A stretch of 64,000 nt of DNA. Origin: Squalus acanthias. Taxonomy: Eukaryota. Positions 12,041-24,907 of the stretch are shown here, in pieces. The stretch lies in assembly GCA_030390025.1 (NCBI GenBank), contig CM059438.1:67768001-67832000 (forward strand), given 5' to 3'. The translations under genes were made by a program, and so were the position numbers. The notes below the pieces were generated by a model. It saw only the letters and a program-made list of their open reading frames with translations. It was not told the origin of the DNA and ran no database searches. Positions within the stretch are counted from its first letter, which is position 1. Each line of letters opens with the position of its first letter.

Positions 12041-13439
12041 ACTGCTGACCGCACCTTGCTACAGGTCGCACTGAGGTCAGCCACAAAGGAATTCTGAGCA
12101 TGAGGGCTACGCCACAGGAGCAGAGCTCTGCCCCAAGCCGCTCATTTATAAAGTTGGGAGAAAGCGGGAATGAGTTGCTGTTCTTTCAGAACATAACTTA
12201 TTAAAAAGTTCTTGATCTGCCCAATGGATCCAGCTGAAGTGAATTTAAAGCAGTTTGATATGAACTCCTGTATAAAAATCAGTGAAAACCTTCTGCAACA
12301 ATCTTAAAATTCCGACCGGAAACACTAATGATTCAGGACCAAAATCCTGAGTCCCGTGATCCACCGTTTCAAGTGCAGCAACGTGGGTCTTCCAGGCATC
12401 TAATGTCCCTGATGTTGATCCAACCAGAAATTCCAGGGGTCAGCTAATTTTATAATGCTGGACAGGACTCGGCCATGCTAGCAATTCATGCAGTGCGCTT
12501 GGTTGGGCGGTTGCTCGGGGTGGAGCGGGGGGAAGGGGGGCGGAGGAAGATGTTGACGGCACAGCTGCAGGATTTAATGGTTGGCTGCACTTATAGCAGA
12601 AACATCAGGCCAAGAAATGACTCCACTGGGGACAAATAAGAGAGCAGCAAACTTCTCGGTATAAATATTCGTTGGACTGAAATTAGGCGAAGGAAGGAAG
12701 GATGTAGTGATTGTTGGTGGCAAGAAATCTGTCACTAAGGATATGTTCAAATGAGATCTTCTGGGTCCATACACACTGGAGGCTGAGTATCTGTGGGAAG
12801 GTCTGGATTTCCGACTGTGCTGCCACGTGAGCCTAGCCTCCTGGCTTCTCTGCGGCTTCCCCTTCTCTTCCTTCTCCAACATTTAGAATGTAAAGAGAAG
12901 AATCCCCATTGGGAAACCGATGCTTTAGCCTGACTATATATTTGAGGGAAATTTCTCAATCAGAAAGCAGTCGCAAAGGAGACTTCCAAATGAAGCTAGG
13001 AGCCTCAAGAATAAAGAGCCAAAAGAAATGAACAGAAGGCCAATCCAAAGTAAAGTTACGGGTCTCTTATATAATAGCACAGAAAAACACAGGAAGCCAC
13101 CTTTAAGATCCCAGCATCGGCCTTCTTTAATTACTGGTTGAACATGCCAATGACTTCAATGGAAAGTACAATCGGGCGGGGTGTAATACATGTGGCCAAT
13201 CCAATCCCATCAGTTTTCCATGGGGTGGGAGAGGTTAAAATTACTGCTTGTATTCTCTTCTGTTAGTAAAAGATTTAGGCACCATTTTTGAAACTCCAGA
13301 TGTAGCAGTCGATCCAGATCTAATTCACTGATGTTTATGCATTGGTGAACGGTGGAAAGACTTCAGGTTTTCTAATGTTGTGTTGTATGGGGTTTAGCAG
13401 TCGCATTTCCTAAAAATGCAAGGATCATCCTCCAGAGGT

Positions 13440-14390
13440 GGACCAGAGAGGTGAGAGAGTGGAGCAGAATGGAATAGTTAGCCCTGCTGTGGCGAAGACA
13501 AAGAAGAACAAAGCACGTCATTGGTTATTTTGACTAGGGTGGTCTTAGTGCTGTGGGCAGGGTGGAAGCCAGAATCAAAGGATTTGCAAAGGTAATTTGG
13601 GTAATGATGGGCAAGGAGTTAGATCTTGGAGAGAAAATGAAAGTTTGAGATGGAATGCTAGTTGGAGAGGTTAGCACATGACAAATCAATATAAAAGACA
13701 TTAATGATTCAGTAATCTCAACCTCTCAAGCTCACTCGTTGATGACTTAAAAGACCTAGAGCATAATTTCCGCACCTTCTTGAGAACAAATACTAAATAA
13801 AGACTGTTGTGGTCTCAGTGTTGAGCCACCCTGACTTTAGTTAACAATCAATTTACCTGTGACACAGCTATGCCATTTTTCTTTGAGAAAGGGTGGTTAA
13901 TGGTGGTTTTGAAGTTGAAAGGAATGGTGCCTGTGCAATGGGAGTCATTTACAATGCCAGCTAGCACTGTGGCACGGCAAGGTAGTTCAGCGCTCAGGAA
14001 TTAGATGGTGTGGGAACTGATGAAGTAGGAGGTGAATCTCATAGAGGAGACAATCCTATTAACGGTTTGGAGGAAATGAAGGTCAAGGTATTAAGTGGTA
14101 CGTGGCTGTGGCAAAGGTGAGGGAAAGGCTTGGTGGGGAATAGGGGAAGGAGGAGGTGGAAAATGTGGTTGAGGTAGCTGTGTGGAGAGTCTCAATTTTT
14201 TGAGACAAAGTTGTCCATGAGCACCTCACACTTTGGTTTGGAGGCAAGGATGATGGTAGGAGGTTGGATAATGTGGTCATTCAATGAGGATAAAGGAGTT
14301 TGCCCTCCAGAATGATCCAGAACTCTTGGGAGTATTTGACTATTGAAAGGAGACCTGGTATTGCTTGTCAAAACCAAGCCAGATGTGGCA
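13440..14390 (-). mobile_element. Degenerate L2-type LINE ORF2 fragment
   Basis: Minus-strand remnants PKCEVLMDNFVS/KIETL, GTIPFNFKT and SGFHPAHSTKT. Interrupted by an insertion at 13684-13870. Confidence 0.6.
13684..13870 (+). repeat. Unclassified ~185-bp repeat, copy 1 (inserted in L2)
   Basis: Aligns with the reverse complement of 14770-14941 (ATAAAAGAC.TTAATGATTCA...CTTTAGTTAACAATCAATTTAC.TG.GACACAGCT). Confidence 0.75.
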
Positions 14391-14769
14391 ACAGACGATT
14401 ACCAAAAATCTTTTCAAGACTCATTACTTCATCTTTCTCGTATGAATGGTATGAAAATCAGGCGGGCTCTATAAAGGGCATGCAATCCATTTTGCCAGAT
14501 TACTGCCCGGGCAGTGTAGACGAAAACCTACCTCAACATTTCTTAGTGTTGGTGGTTTCTTCATGCATGTACCTGGGATACCCAGATCCACATAACCTGG
14601 CTGACCCATTTCATCAGTTTTCCTTCCACTGCAGAATCACTGTCCACATTTGATGTCTTCCTATCTGAACAATGGAAACCCAGATTATAACAAAGAATTG
14701 TCATATGGTATTAATTATAATGAGGCTACAGATGTGTGAACGATGGGAACCATTGGGTTTAAAGGGACA

Positions 14770-14941
14770 CAGCTGTGTCGCAAGTAAATTGATTGATTGT
14801 TAACTAAAGGCAGGGTCGTTCAACACTTTAGTCAGTATCAGTTCTTGGTAAGGTGCAGAAATGCTGCTATAGGTTTTTGATGTCAATTTATGAGTTTGAG
14901 AGCTCCAGATTATTGAATCATTAAGGTCTTTTATCTTGATT
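14770..14941 (-). repeat. Unclassified ~185-bp repeat, copy 2 (inverted)
   Basis: Inverted, diverged homolog of 13684-13870. Confidence 0.75.
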
Positions 14942-15200
14942 TCTCGTGCTCAGATTTGAATAAATGTACAATAGACCCTTTCAATGATTTCTTTAGGGCT
15001 ACTGCAATAAACATGTTTTTATATTTGTATATAATGGACAGGATACAAATCCTGGATGGGTATTTTGTACTGTAGTTGTGTGTTTTTTTAAAAATCCCTA
15101 CAGATATTTGAATATGAGATCTTAGTGTGCGCAGTTCTTGAAGAATTACTTACAAGGCATGTGAAGCTAAACATTATTGCTTGGAAGGGTGAGGTTTAAG

Positions 15201-15943
15201 GGGGGAAAAATTCAGTTGCTTTGCGCCTCCCGTTCGCGCCCTAAGAGGGCACGAATGGGGCGCAAAGCAACTAGCGCCCGGGCGCGGCGCCGCCAGCGCC
15301 TCCTGCGTAATTCAGCGGGAGGTTAGCGGCGGGGGTAACCGTTAGCGCCCCGCGGTGCTGCGCCACCGCCGATGATGTCATCGCCGTGCGCAGTGCCCCA
15401 CTTGTGCCCCGGCCGCGATCTTTGGTAGCGCCCCCTGACTTACCACCGGACGCTGTGTCCAACGGGGTCAGGGGGGCCTACCTGCGTCCAGGGCGGCGCT
15501 AATTAAAGGTGAGGTGCCGGGCGGCCATTTTTGTTGCTGGCTGCCTGCCAGCACCTGCCCCCGTTGCCGTCCCTGGCCTTCTGAGAAGCCCCCCTGCGGA
15601 GTGACGGCTGCGCTCCATGAGCCCGGCACTTCTCTTGCGTGCCGGGCTCTTTTGCCGGCACTCCAATCCCTGGTGGCCCAGCTGGGCCCCAGGTCACGCT
15701 GTGCAAGGCCCCTCCCCTTTAAGAAGGGGAGGAAGGCCTGCAGTACTGCGGCACGTAGCGCCGCGATATTTCCTTGCAGCGCTCCAAGAGGGAGGCGGGG
15801 CGCTACCAGTAGCACCCCGCTTCCCTCTTGGGGCACTACCGATGAATTTTGGCCCCGGGGATGCTAATTTTTTCAGGGGTGCTAAAAGTAGCGCCCTGGC
15901 GAAGTTAGCGCCCCAAAAGGGGGCGTGACTCATTTTTTCCTCC
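15201..15943 (+). mobile_element. GC-rich Harbinger-like MITE, family C
   Basis: Ends GGGGGAAAAATTCAGT / ACTCATTTTTTCCTCC, with many AGCGCC/GGCGCT subterminal motifs. Collinear with 59030-59714. Confidence 0.85.
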
Positions 15944-16308
15944 AGGATTTCTTTAGTGCTTCAAGGTAAGACTAGCCAAGAATAGGACATCAGGAGAGAA
16001 AATGTAGTGAACAAGAGCTATAATGAATGTGGGATGAAATGAGCCTGTGTGCTGCTCCAGGTTGTCCATGGTATTCTATTTACCTCATGTATTTCATTTA
16101 AATAGTTGTGCTTTTGCAATGATGATTAGCTTAAAGTAAACAACCCGACAAACTCATGGCATGTTCAGTGAGGAGTTTTGCGATACATTACAATGCCTTG
16201 ATAGTTCTTTAGTCTGAATGGTTATGTCCAAGTTGGGAGTGCTAGAGAAACCATGAAATTCAAACAGTTAACAATTCTAAGTCACAGAGTCATAGTCATA
16301 GAGTCATA

Positions 16309-16810
16309 GGGGGAGAAATTCAGTATCGCCCCATTTGGGGCGCAATTATCGGCCGGGCGCAAAGATTAGCGCCTGGCGCTAATTATCGCCACCGACTGCA
16401 AACTTGACTTTTATCGCCCCTGGAGGTGATTGGAGCGCTAAATCAGGCGCTTCACACCTGTCTTAAGGCGCAAAGGCCGAGGAGCGAGGCGCTACCTCAG
16501 AGCGCTGGCGAAGCTCATGTGATGTCAGTCAGCAATGGAACACACACACAATGGCACCGACCAGTTCTTAAAGGGGGTGGTTGATCTTGCTTTCCATCCA
16601 CATCCTGCTCATTGCAGCCTTGAATCCCGGCCTGGAGAGACCTGCACATCAAATCTGCTGGAAAGAACAATGGAGAGTACCAGGGAAAGAGCTTAGAGTG
16701 CAGCCCCCACAGTCTCTTCTAAATCGATACAAGGAATGGCAAATCAAAATGAACCTGCAAAGTGCTGCTCAGTACCCAAAACTCCTTCACACAGTGTTGA
16801 ATCTCTCCAG

Positions 16811-16841
<31 letters not shown>

Positions 16842-17197
16842 AGAATGCGTGGTACAAAAATGGCACCAACAATAAAAGGCAGGAAGCGGTCGCCTGTAAA
16901 TAGCTTCATGACTGCAAAACGCTCCCTTCAACCTGTCGTTGCTAGCGTCAGGCGGTAAGGCAGGGGGCGCCACTCAATATCTGCTCCGGGACGATACCGG
17001 GGCGTTGCGCACTCGACTGACATCATGATCTGCCGGCGCAGGAGATCGTGGCGGTAGTGTTTAGCGCCGCCGCAAAATGTCTAGTTAATTTCACGAGCGG
17101 CGCAAACATCGCCGCATCTGGGCGCTAGATGCTTTGCGCCCCATTAGCGCCCTCTTAAGGCGCTAACGGGAGGCGCAACCAACTGAATTTTTCCCCC
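16309..17197 (-). mobile_element. Family C-related MITE inserted in the CR1 tail
   Basis: TIRs GGGGGAGAAATTCAGT / ACTGAATTTTTCCCCC (15/16 match); TSD ATA (16306-08, 17198-200); internal (CT)n at about 16814-16841. Confidence 0.9.
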
Positions 17198-17303
17198 ATA
17201 GAGTCATACGGCACAGAAGGAGGCCATTCGGCCCATTGAGTCCATGCCGGCTCTCTGTAGAGCAATCCAGTCAGTCTCACTGCCCCGCTCTATCCCCGTA
17301 GCC

Positions 17304-20062
17304 CTACAAGTTTATTTCCCTCAAGTGCCTATCCAGTCTCCCCTTGAAAATATTGAGTGTCTCCCCTTCCACCACTTCTGTCGGCAGCGAATTCCAGGTC
17401 CTCACCACTCGTTGCGTAAAAAAGTTTTTCCTCACATCACCCCTGTATCTCTTGCCCAAAACCTTAAATCTGTGTCCCCTAGTCCTTGTACCATCAACTA
17501 GTGGGAATAGCCTTTCCCCGTCTAGCCTATCCAAACCTATCATAATCTTGTACACCTCTATCAAATCACCCCTCAACCTCCTTTGCTCTAATGAAAACAA
17601 ATCCAGCTTCTCCAACCTGTCCTTGTAGCTAAGATCCCCCATCCCCGGAACCATTCTGGTAAATCTCCTCTACACCCTCTCAAGGGCCTTCACATCCTTC
17701 CTAAAATGTGGTGACCAGAACTGGACGCAGTCCTCCAGTTGTGGCGTAACCAGCGCTTTATAAAGGTTCAGCATAACTTCTCTACTTTTGTACTCAATAC
17801 CTCTATTTATGAAGCCCAAGATCCCATATGCTATGCTAACCACTCTCTCAATATGACCTGCCACCTTCAGGCACCTATGCACATTAACTCCCAGGTCCCT
17901 CTGTCCCTGCACACTCTTTAAAACTGCGCCATTAAGTGTATTTTGCCTCTCCTTGTTCCTTCTGCCAAAGTGCATCACCTCACACTTCTCTGTATTAAAT
18001 TCCATCTGCCACTTGCCTGCCCATTCTGCTAGCCTGTCTATGTCCTGTTGCAGTTGATTGGCATCATCATCACTGTTTGCCACACCCCCACATTTGGTGT
18101 CATCGGCAAATTTAGAAATTCTACTCTGTATTCCAATATCCAGGTCATTTATATATATCAAAAAAAGCAGTGGCCCCAGCACTGACCAGTGGGGAACACC
18201 ACTGTCTACCATCCTCCTGTCTGAAAAAGAGCCATTTACCACAACTCGCTGTTTTCTGTCCTTAAGCCAATTCCTTATCCAAGCTGCCACTGACTCACCT
18301 ATTCGATGAGCCTCAATTTTGTTAACCAGCCTTCTATGTGGTACTTTGTCAAACGCCTTCCGAAAATCCATGTAGACAACATCCATTGCATTCCCTTCAT
18401 CAATCCTCTCTGTTACTTCATCAAAAAATTCAATTAGATTAGTCAAACACGATCTTCCTTTTACAAATCCATGTTGGCTCTCCATAATTAGCTTAAACCT
18501 CTCCAAGTGCCCGTTAATTTTTTCCTTGATTATTGTTTCTAAAACTTTACCCACCACTGATGTTAAACTGATCGGTCTGTAGTTACTAGGATTGTCCTTA
18601 CACCCTTTCTTGAACAATGGTGTCACATTTGCCACTTTCCAATCCTCAGGCACTTCCCCCGCATCTAGGGAAGATTGGAAAATTATGGCAAGCCCTTCCG
18701 CTATCTCCTCCCCCGGTTCCCTGAGCAACCTGGGATGCAAGCCATCTGGACCAGGTGACTTGTCCACTCGAAGCATACCCAGCCTTTCTAGTACATCCTG
18801 ACTATCAATTGTCACCACTTCCATTGCTTCTACCTTTTCCACTTCTACCGATATTTTGTCAGCATCCACCTCATTAGTAAACACCGATACAAAGTATTCA
18901 TTGAGTATTCTAGCCTTGCCCTGCGCCTCTAAGCATATATCACCTTCTTTGTCTCTAATTGGCCCCACCCCGCCTCTTACTACCCGCTTACTGTTTACAT
19001 GCCGGTAGAAGATTTTTGGGTTCCCTTTTATGTTAACCGCCATTCTACTCTCATATTCTCTCTTTGCCAATCTTATTTTCATCTTCACTTCCCCTCTCAA
19101 CTTATTGTATTTGGTCTGGTTCTCCCTTGAAGAATTCATCTGACCTGCATCATACACCCTCTTTTTTTGTTTCATCATCTTCTCTATCTCCCTCGTCATC
19201 CAAGGAGCCCTTGCTTTGGTTCCCTTACCCTTCCCTCTTGTTGGAATGTACCTAGCCTGTACTTGGAACATCTCCACTTTAAAGATCACCCATTGTTCCG
19301 TTACAGTTTTTCCTGTTAGTCTTTGGTTCCATTTTACCCTGGCTAGATCCTTTCGCATCCCATCGAAGTTAGCCCTATTCCCATTTAGAAGTTCCACTCT
19401 AGATTGTTCCTTGCTCCTCTCCATTGCTAATCTAAATCTTATGATACGATGATCACTCGTACCCAAGTGTTCTCCCACAGACACTTGATCGACCTGGCCC
19501 ACCTCATTCCCCAGCACCAGATCCAACAATGCCTCCTTCCTAGTTGGGCCAAGAACATATTGGTCAAGGAAATTCTCCTAAACACATTTCAGAAATTCCT
19601 CCCCCTCCTTTCCCTTTACCCATTATCCTAATCGATATTTGGGTAATTAAAGTCCCCCAATATCACCACTATATAGCTCTTGCATATCTCTGCGATTTCC
19701 CTGCAGATTTGCTCCTCTACCTCCCTCTCACTAGTTGGAGGCCTATAGAATACCCCCAATAGCGTGATCATACCCTTTTTGCTCCTCAACTCTAACCAAA
19801 TGGATTCTGTCCTTGTCCCCTCAAGAACATCCTCCCTTTCCAGCACTACAATGTCTTCCTCAATCAGCACTGCCACCCCACCTCCCTTTTTTCCTTCCCT
19901 ATCTTTTCTGAACACCTTGTACCCTTGAATATTAAGTGCCCAGTCCTCACCGTTTTTAAGCCACGTTTCTGTTATTGCCACAGCATCATATTGCCACACA
20001 GATAATTGTGCTTGTAGCTCACCAACCTTATTCACCACATTTGTGCATTTACATACATGCAT
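17304..20062 (-). pseudogene. CR1 ORF2 (APE endonuclease + reverse transcriptase), disrupted
   Basis: EN motifs AITETWL, GGGVA, GDFN, SDH. RT motifs NYRPISLTSV, QHGF, DFRKAFD, YINDL, KFADD. Broken into three ORFs by stops, and GVPQG is mutated to GVPHW. Confidence 0.95.
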
Positions 20063-20287
20063 TCTAAACCCATTTTTGAATTTTTCGTAGTGTTTTTTAG
20101 TCTGCTCCTATCTAATATGGCACTACTTCTGCCTCTAGTACTACTTTCTTTTCTAGTACTATCCAACACACTCACTCCTCTATGCACCTTATTCCTCTTT
20201 TCTACTCCTATATGCTGGTATGAAAAGGTTTAATGTTGATGTTGCCTTAAATAGCATCTCGTTCCCCAGGGCAAGCCCTATCAATTT

Positions 20288-20605
20288 CTTCAACAGCACC
20301 TCCCAAACCTGCGACATCTACCCTAGAAGGACAAGGGCAGCAGGCGCATGGAAACATCACCACCTCAAGTTCCCCTCCAAGTTGCACACCATCTTGACTT
20401 TGAAATATATCGCCGTTCTTTTATCGTCGCTGGGTCAAAATCCTGGAACTTCCTCCCTAACAGCACTGTGGGAGTACCTTCACCACATGGACTGCAGCGG
20501 TTCAAGAAGGCGGCTCACCACCACCTTCTCAAGGGCAATTAGGGATGGGCAATAAATGCCGGCCTTGCCAGTGACACCCACATCCCGTGAATGAATTTAA
20601 AAAAA
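20288..20605 (+). mobile_element. 3' end of a second, poly(A)-tailed CR1-group LINE (family 2)
   Basis: Encodes KSWNFLPNSTVG...LQRFKKAAHHHL, then GGGCAATAAATGCCGGCC...CACATCCCGTGAATGAATTTAAAAAAA. The same end occurs at about 21812, 36605, 55204 and 56114. Confidence 0.85.
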
Positions 20606-21998
20606 TTTGCTTCCTGAAATTTGAAAATTGGGATAATGGTCTTCAGTTCCATTCAGAACAGGCTGAGTTCTCCAAAGCTATATTTACAGCCAAGAAACCA
20701 GTGTTAGTCTAATTTGAATTGTTTTCAATATCTCTATCTCTTCTGCACGATGACCACAACAAGACACAACACTCACGCTAAAAATTGAACCAGGGATCTC
20801 CATATCTTTGGAAGATTGCCCTGCCAAATGGCTTCCTAAGGAAGATCATTTAAAATAGAGCTTACGTTTGACTTGGTGTAAGTTAAATATTTTTATTTGT
20901 AAATAGAGCTGGTTTAATTCCTCGGTGTGCTTCTGGATGTTGTACACCAGCATGAACCTCTTCAATGTAAAAGAAATTTTACATTTCTAGCAAAAGCCTG
21001 AATAGAATGCCAAGCCAGTCAATGCAACACAGAGCATACACTGAATAGCTGAGTTAATTAATCAGTGCAAATTAATGTTGAGTAATTAAATGATTCAGCT
21101 CATGTCAATGAGAATTCAATGTGAATTCATGTTAAAACACAAAAGAAGTAAATATTGAAACTTCTTCTTTTCTAATCTGTTGTAAATGGCATCACTGCTT
21201 ATTAGCTTAATTGATACACAAAGTTATTGCAATGATTGGAAATGGGATTTGCTGAAACAAGGGAAGTGGGCAACTTGGAATGTACCTGAGTGTTGAACAA
21301 TTATTGCAGCTATGCAGCTCATTTCTTGTTTGTCTAAAGCCATTCAGACACCAAAATCACATGCTATAATGATGATGAACGACAATGCATGATTGGTTCT
21401 TCAATCCACTTGAGATCCAGCAAGCATTTCTTGAATAAATAAATTAATTGCACAGCGGGGAGCTGCAAGATCTTTGGACAAATCACGCTGGGCAACAGAT
21501 TGCCTCAAAAAGCATGAACTCTACACAAAGCAACCTGAGATGGATTAATCAATATGCAATTTTCTTTTATACTGGGGAGGCTGATCCAGTTCACCACACT
21601 AATGGAATGCAGTTGGAACATTGGTCTGTAAGCAGGGCTCAAGTTACTGGCTTCTTTATTATTCATGTTGCAACGGTGTAGCTAGTTTCTCCTTGATTCT
21701 GATGGCCTGCAGCAATATCTGTTGTTCTCAAAAGTTTATGATGTACTTGTACTTCAATTTAACATAAAATACTGTTTGTGTTCGATCAGTTTTCATTTTA
21801 GAATAATAGTCAGTTTTTAAAAATTCATTCTCGGGGATATTAGTATTGATATCAAGGACTGCATTTATTGCCCATCCCTATTTGCACTTTGAGAAGGTAG
21901 TGGTGAGCTTTGTTAGTCATAGAGTCATAGAGTTATACAGCACAGAAAGAGGCCCTTCGGCCCATCGTGTCCATGCCAGCCATCAAGCCCTGTCTATT

Positions 21999-24780
21999 CT
22001 AATCCCATTTTCCAGCACTTGGCCCGTAGCCTTGTATGCTATGGCATTTCAAGTGCTCATCTAAATGCTTCTTGAATGTTGTGAGGGTTCCTGCCTCTAC
22101 CACCCTTTCAGGCAGTGAGTTCCAGATTCCAACCACCCTCTGGGTGAAAAAGTTTTTCCTCAAATCCCCTCTAAACCTCCTGCCACTTATCTTGAAACTA
22201 TGCCCCCTGGTTATTGACCCCTCTACTAAGGGGAAAAGTTCCTTTCTATCTACGCCCCTCATAATTTTGTACACCTCAATCAGGTCCCCCCTCAGCCTTC
22301 TCTGCTCTAAGGAAAACAACCCTAGCCTGTCCAGTCTCTCTTCATAGCTGAAGTGCTCCAGCCCAGGTAACATCCTGGTGAATCTCCTCTGCACCCTCTC
22401 CAATGCAATCACATCCTTTCTATAGTGTGGAGACCAGAACTGTACACAGTATTCCAGCTGTGGCCTAACTAGCGTTTTGTATAGCTCCATCATAACCTCC
22501 CTGCTCTTATATTCTATGCCTTGGCTAATGAAGGCAAGTATCCCATATGCCTTTTTAACCAACTTATCTACCTGTCCTGCTACCTTCAGGGATCTATGTA
22601 CATGCACACCAAGATCCCTCTGATCCTCTGTCCTTCCTAGGGTTCTACCATTCATTGCCTTGTTAGTCCTCCCAAAATGCATCACCTCACACTTTTCAGG
22701 GTTAAATTCCATTTGCCACTGTTCTGCCCATCTGACCAACCCGTCTATATCGTCCTGTAGCCTGAGGCTTCCCTCCTCGCTATTTACCACTCCACCAATT
22801 TTCGTGTCATCTGTGAACTTACTGATCATACCTCCTACATTCATATCTAAATCATTAATGTACACTACAAACAGCAAAGGACCCAGCATCAATCCCTGTG
22901 GTACGCCACCGGACACAGGCTTCCAGTCACAAAAACAACCTTCGACCATCACCCTCTGCCTCCTGCCACTAAGCCAATTTTGGATCCAATGTGCCAAATT
23001 GCCCTGGATCCCATGGGCTCTTACCTTCTTGACCAGTCTCCCATGCGGGACTTTGTCAAAAGCCTTACTGAAGTCCATGTAGACTACATCAACTGCACTA
23101 CCCTCATCCACACACCTAGTCACCCCCTCGAAAAATTCAATCAAATTGGTCAGACATGATCTCCCCCTGACAAAGCCATGCTGACTATCCTTGATGAATC
23201 CTTGCCTCTCCAAGTGGAGACTAATTCTGTCCCTCAGAATTTTTTCCAATAATTTCCCTACCACTGATGTTAGGCTCACTGGCCTGTAATTCCTGGTTTA
23301 TCGCTGCTACCCTTCTTGAATAATGGTACTACTTTAGCTGTCCTCCAGTCCTATGGCACCTCCCCTGTGGCCAGAGAGGTTCTGAAAATTTGTGTCAGAG
23401 CCCCTGCAATCTCCTCCCTTGCCTCACACAGCAGCCTGGGATACATCTCGTCTGGGCCTGGGGATTTATCCACTTTTAAGCCCGCTAAAACCGCTAGTAC
23501 CTCCTCCCTCTCAACACTAATTTGTTCAAGTATATCATAATCTCCCTGCCTGATTTCTATGCCTACATTGTCCTTCTCCATAGTGAACACAGATGCAAAA
23601 TATTCATTTAAAACCTCACCCACATCTTCCGGCTCTACACACAGATTGCCACTTTGGTCCCTAATGGGCCCTACTCTTTCCCTGGTTATCCTCTTGCTCT
23701 TAATATACTTATAAAACACCATGGGATTTTCCTTTATTTTGCCCGCCAGTGTTTTTTCATGCCCCCTCTTCACTCTCCTAATTTCTTTTTTAAGTACCCC
23801 CTGCACTTTCTATACTCCTCTAGGGCTTCCACTGTTTTTAGTCCTTTGTATCTGCCAAAAGCCTCCCTTTTTTTCCTAATCCATTCTTGTATATCTCTTG
23901 ACATCCAGGGTTCCCTGGGCTTGTTGGTCCCACCTTTGACCTTTACGGGAACATGTTGGCGTTGCACTCTCTCTATTTCCTTTCTGAAAGACTCCCACTG
24001 CTCTGATGTGGACTTTCCTACAAGTAGCTGATCCCAGTCCACTTTGGCCAGATCCTGCCTTATCATATTAAAATTGGTCTTCCCCCAATTTAGAACCTTT
24101 ATTTCAGGTCCATCTTTGTCCTTCTCCATGACTACTTTAAATCTCACCGAATTATGGTCACTGTCACCAAAATGCTCTCCTACTGACACTTCTACCACTT
24201 GCCCGGCTACATTCCCTAGAATTAGGTCCAGTACCGCCCCCTCTCTTGTAGGACTTTCTTCATGCTGGCTCAAAAAGCTCTCCTGGATGCACTTTAAGAA
24301 TTCCACACCCTCTAAGCCTTTCACACTCTGACTATCCCAGTTAATATTGGGTAAGTTGAAATCTCCTACTATTATTACCTTATTATTTCTACTCTTCTCT
24401 GAGATTTGCCTACATATCTGTTCCTCTATCTCCCCCTGACTGTTTGGGGGCCTATAGTACACTCCCAGCAAAGTGCTTGCCCCCTTTTTGTTTTTAAGTT
24501 CTACCCATATGGCCTCATTAGAGGAACCTGCTAAGATATCATCCCTCCTTACAGCAGTAATTGACTCCTTGATTAATATTGCAACACCCCCTCCTCTTTT
24601 ACATCCCCCTCTGTCTCGCCTGAAGATTCTATACCCGGAATATTGAGCTGCCAGTCCTGCCCCTCCCTCAACCATGTCTCTATGATAGCAACAATATCAT
24701 ACTCCCATGTGTTCATCAACACCTTCAATTCATCTGCCTTACTCGCAAGACTCCTTACATTAAAATAAATGCCATCCAGC
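21999..24780 (-). pseudogene. CR1 ORF2 EN-RT, frameshifted
   Basis: Four ORF pieces: YFNVRSL..ETWL; GGGVA..GDFN..SDHN; VDKSPGPD; SQHGF..DFSKAFD..GVPQG..YINDL..KFTDD..WNSLP. Confidence 0.95.
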
Positions 24781-24907
24781 CTTGCCATACTCCCTTGTGC
24801 CGTTACATATTTGCTCTGCCTTCCAGGCTGACTTGTTTTTTCCTCTATATTTGGCTGTGCATCACCCCCTACTATAGCTCCACTCTGTATCCCATCCCCC
24901 TGCCAAG

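Larger units (their letters stand above)
16280..20218 (-). mobile_element. CR1 LINE, 5'-truncated above ORF2; tail split by a MITE
   Basis: Complete but disrupted ORF2. The (TATGACTC)n tail is present at both 16280-16308 and 17198-17208. Confidence 0.95.

Noticed and set aside
12574..12959. Minus-strand ORFs of 102 and 70 aa as a host exon
   Set aside because: No recognisable domain and no convincing splice-site pair.
14535..14665. AG...GT-bounded minus-strand segment as a coding exon
   Set aside because: All three frames contain stops.
15271..15933. Overlapping GC-rich ORFs / CpG island as a host promoter
   Set aside because: They lie entirely within a family C MITE that is repeated at 59030-59714.
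17670..19529. 619-aa RT ORF as an active LINE protein
   Set aside because: It is cut off from the endonuclease and C-terminus by stops, GVPQG is mutated, and ORF1 is absent.
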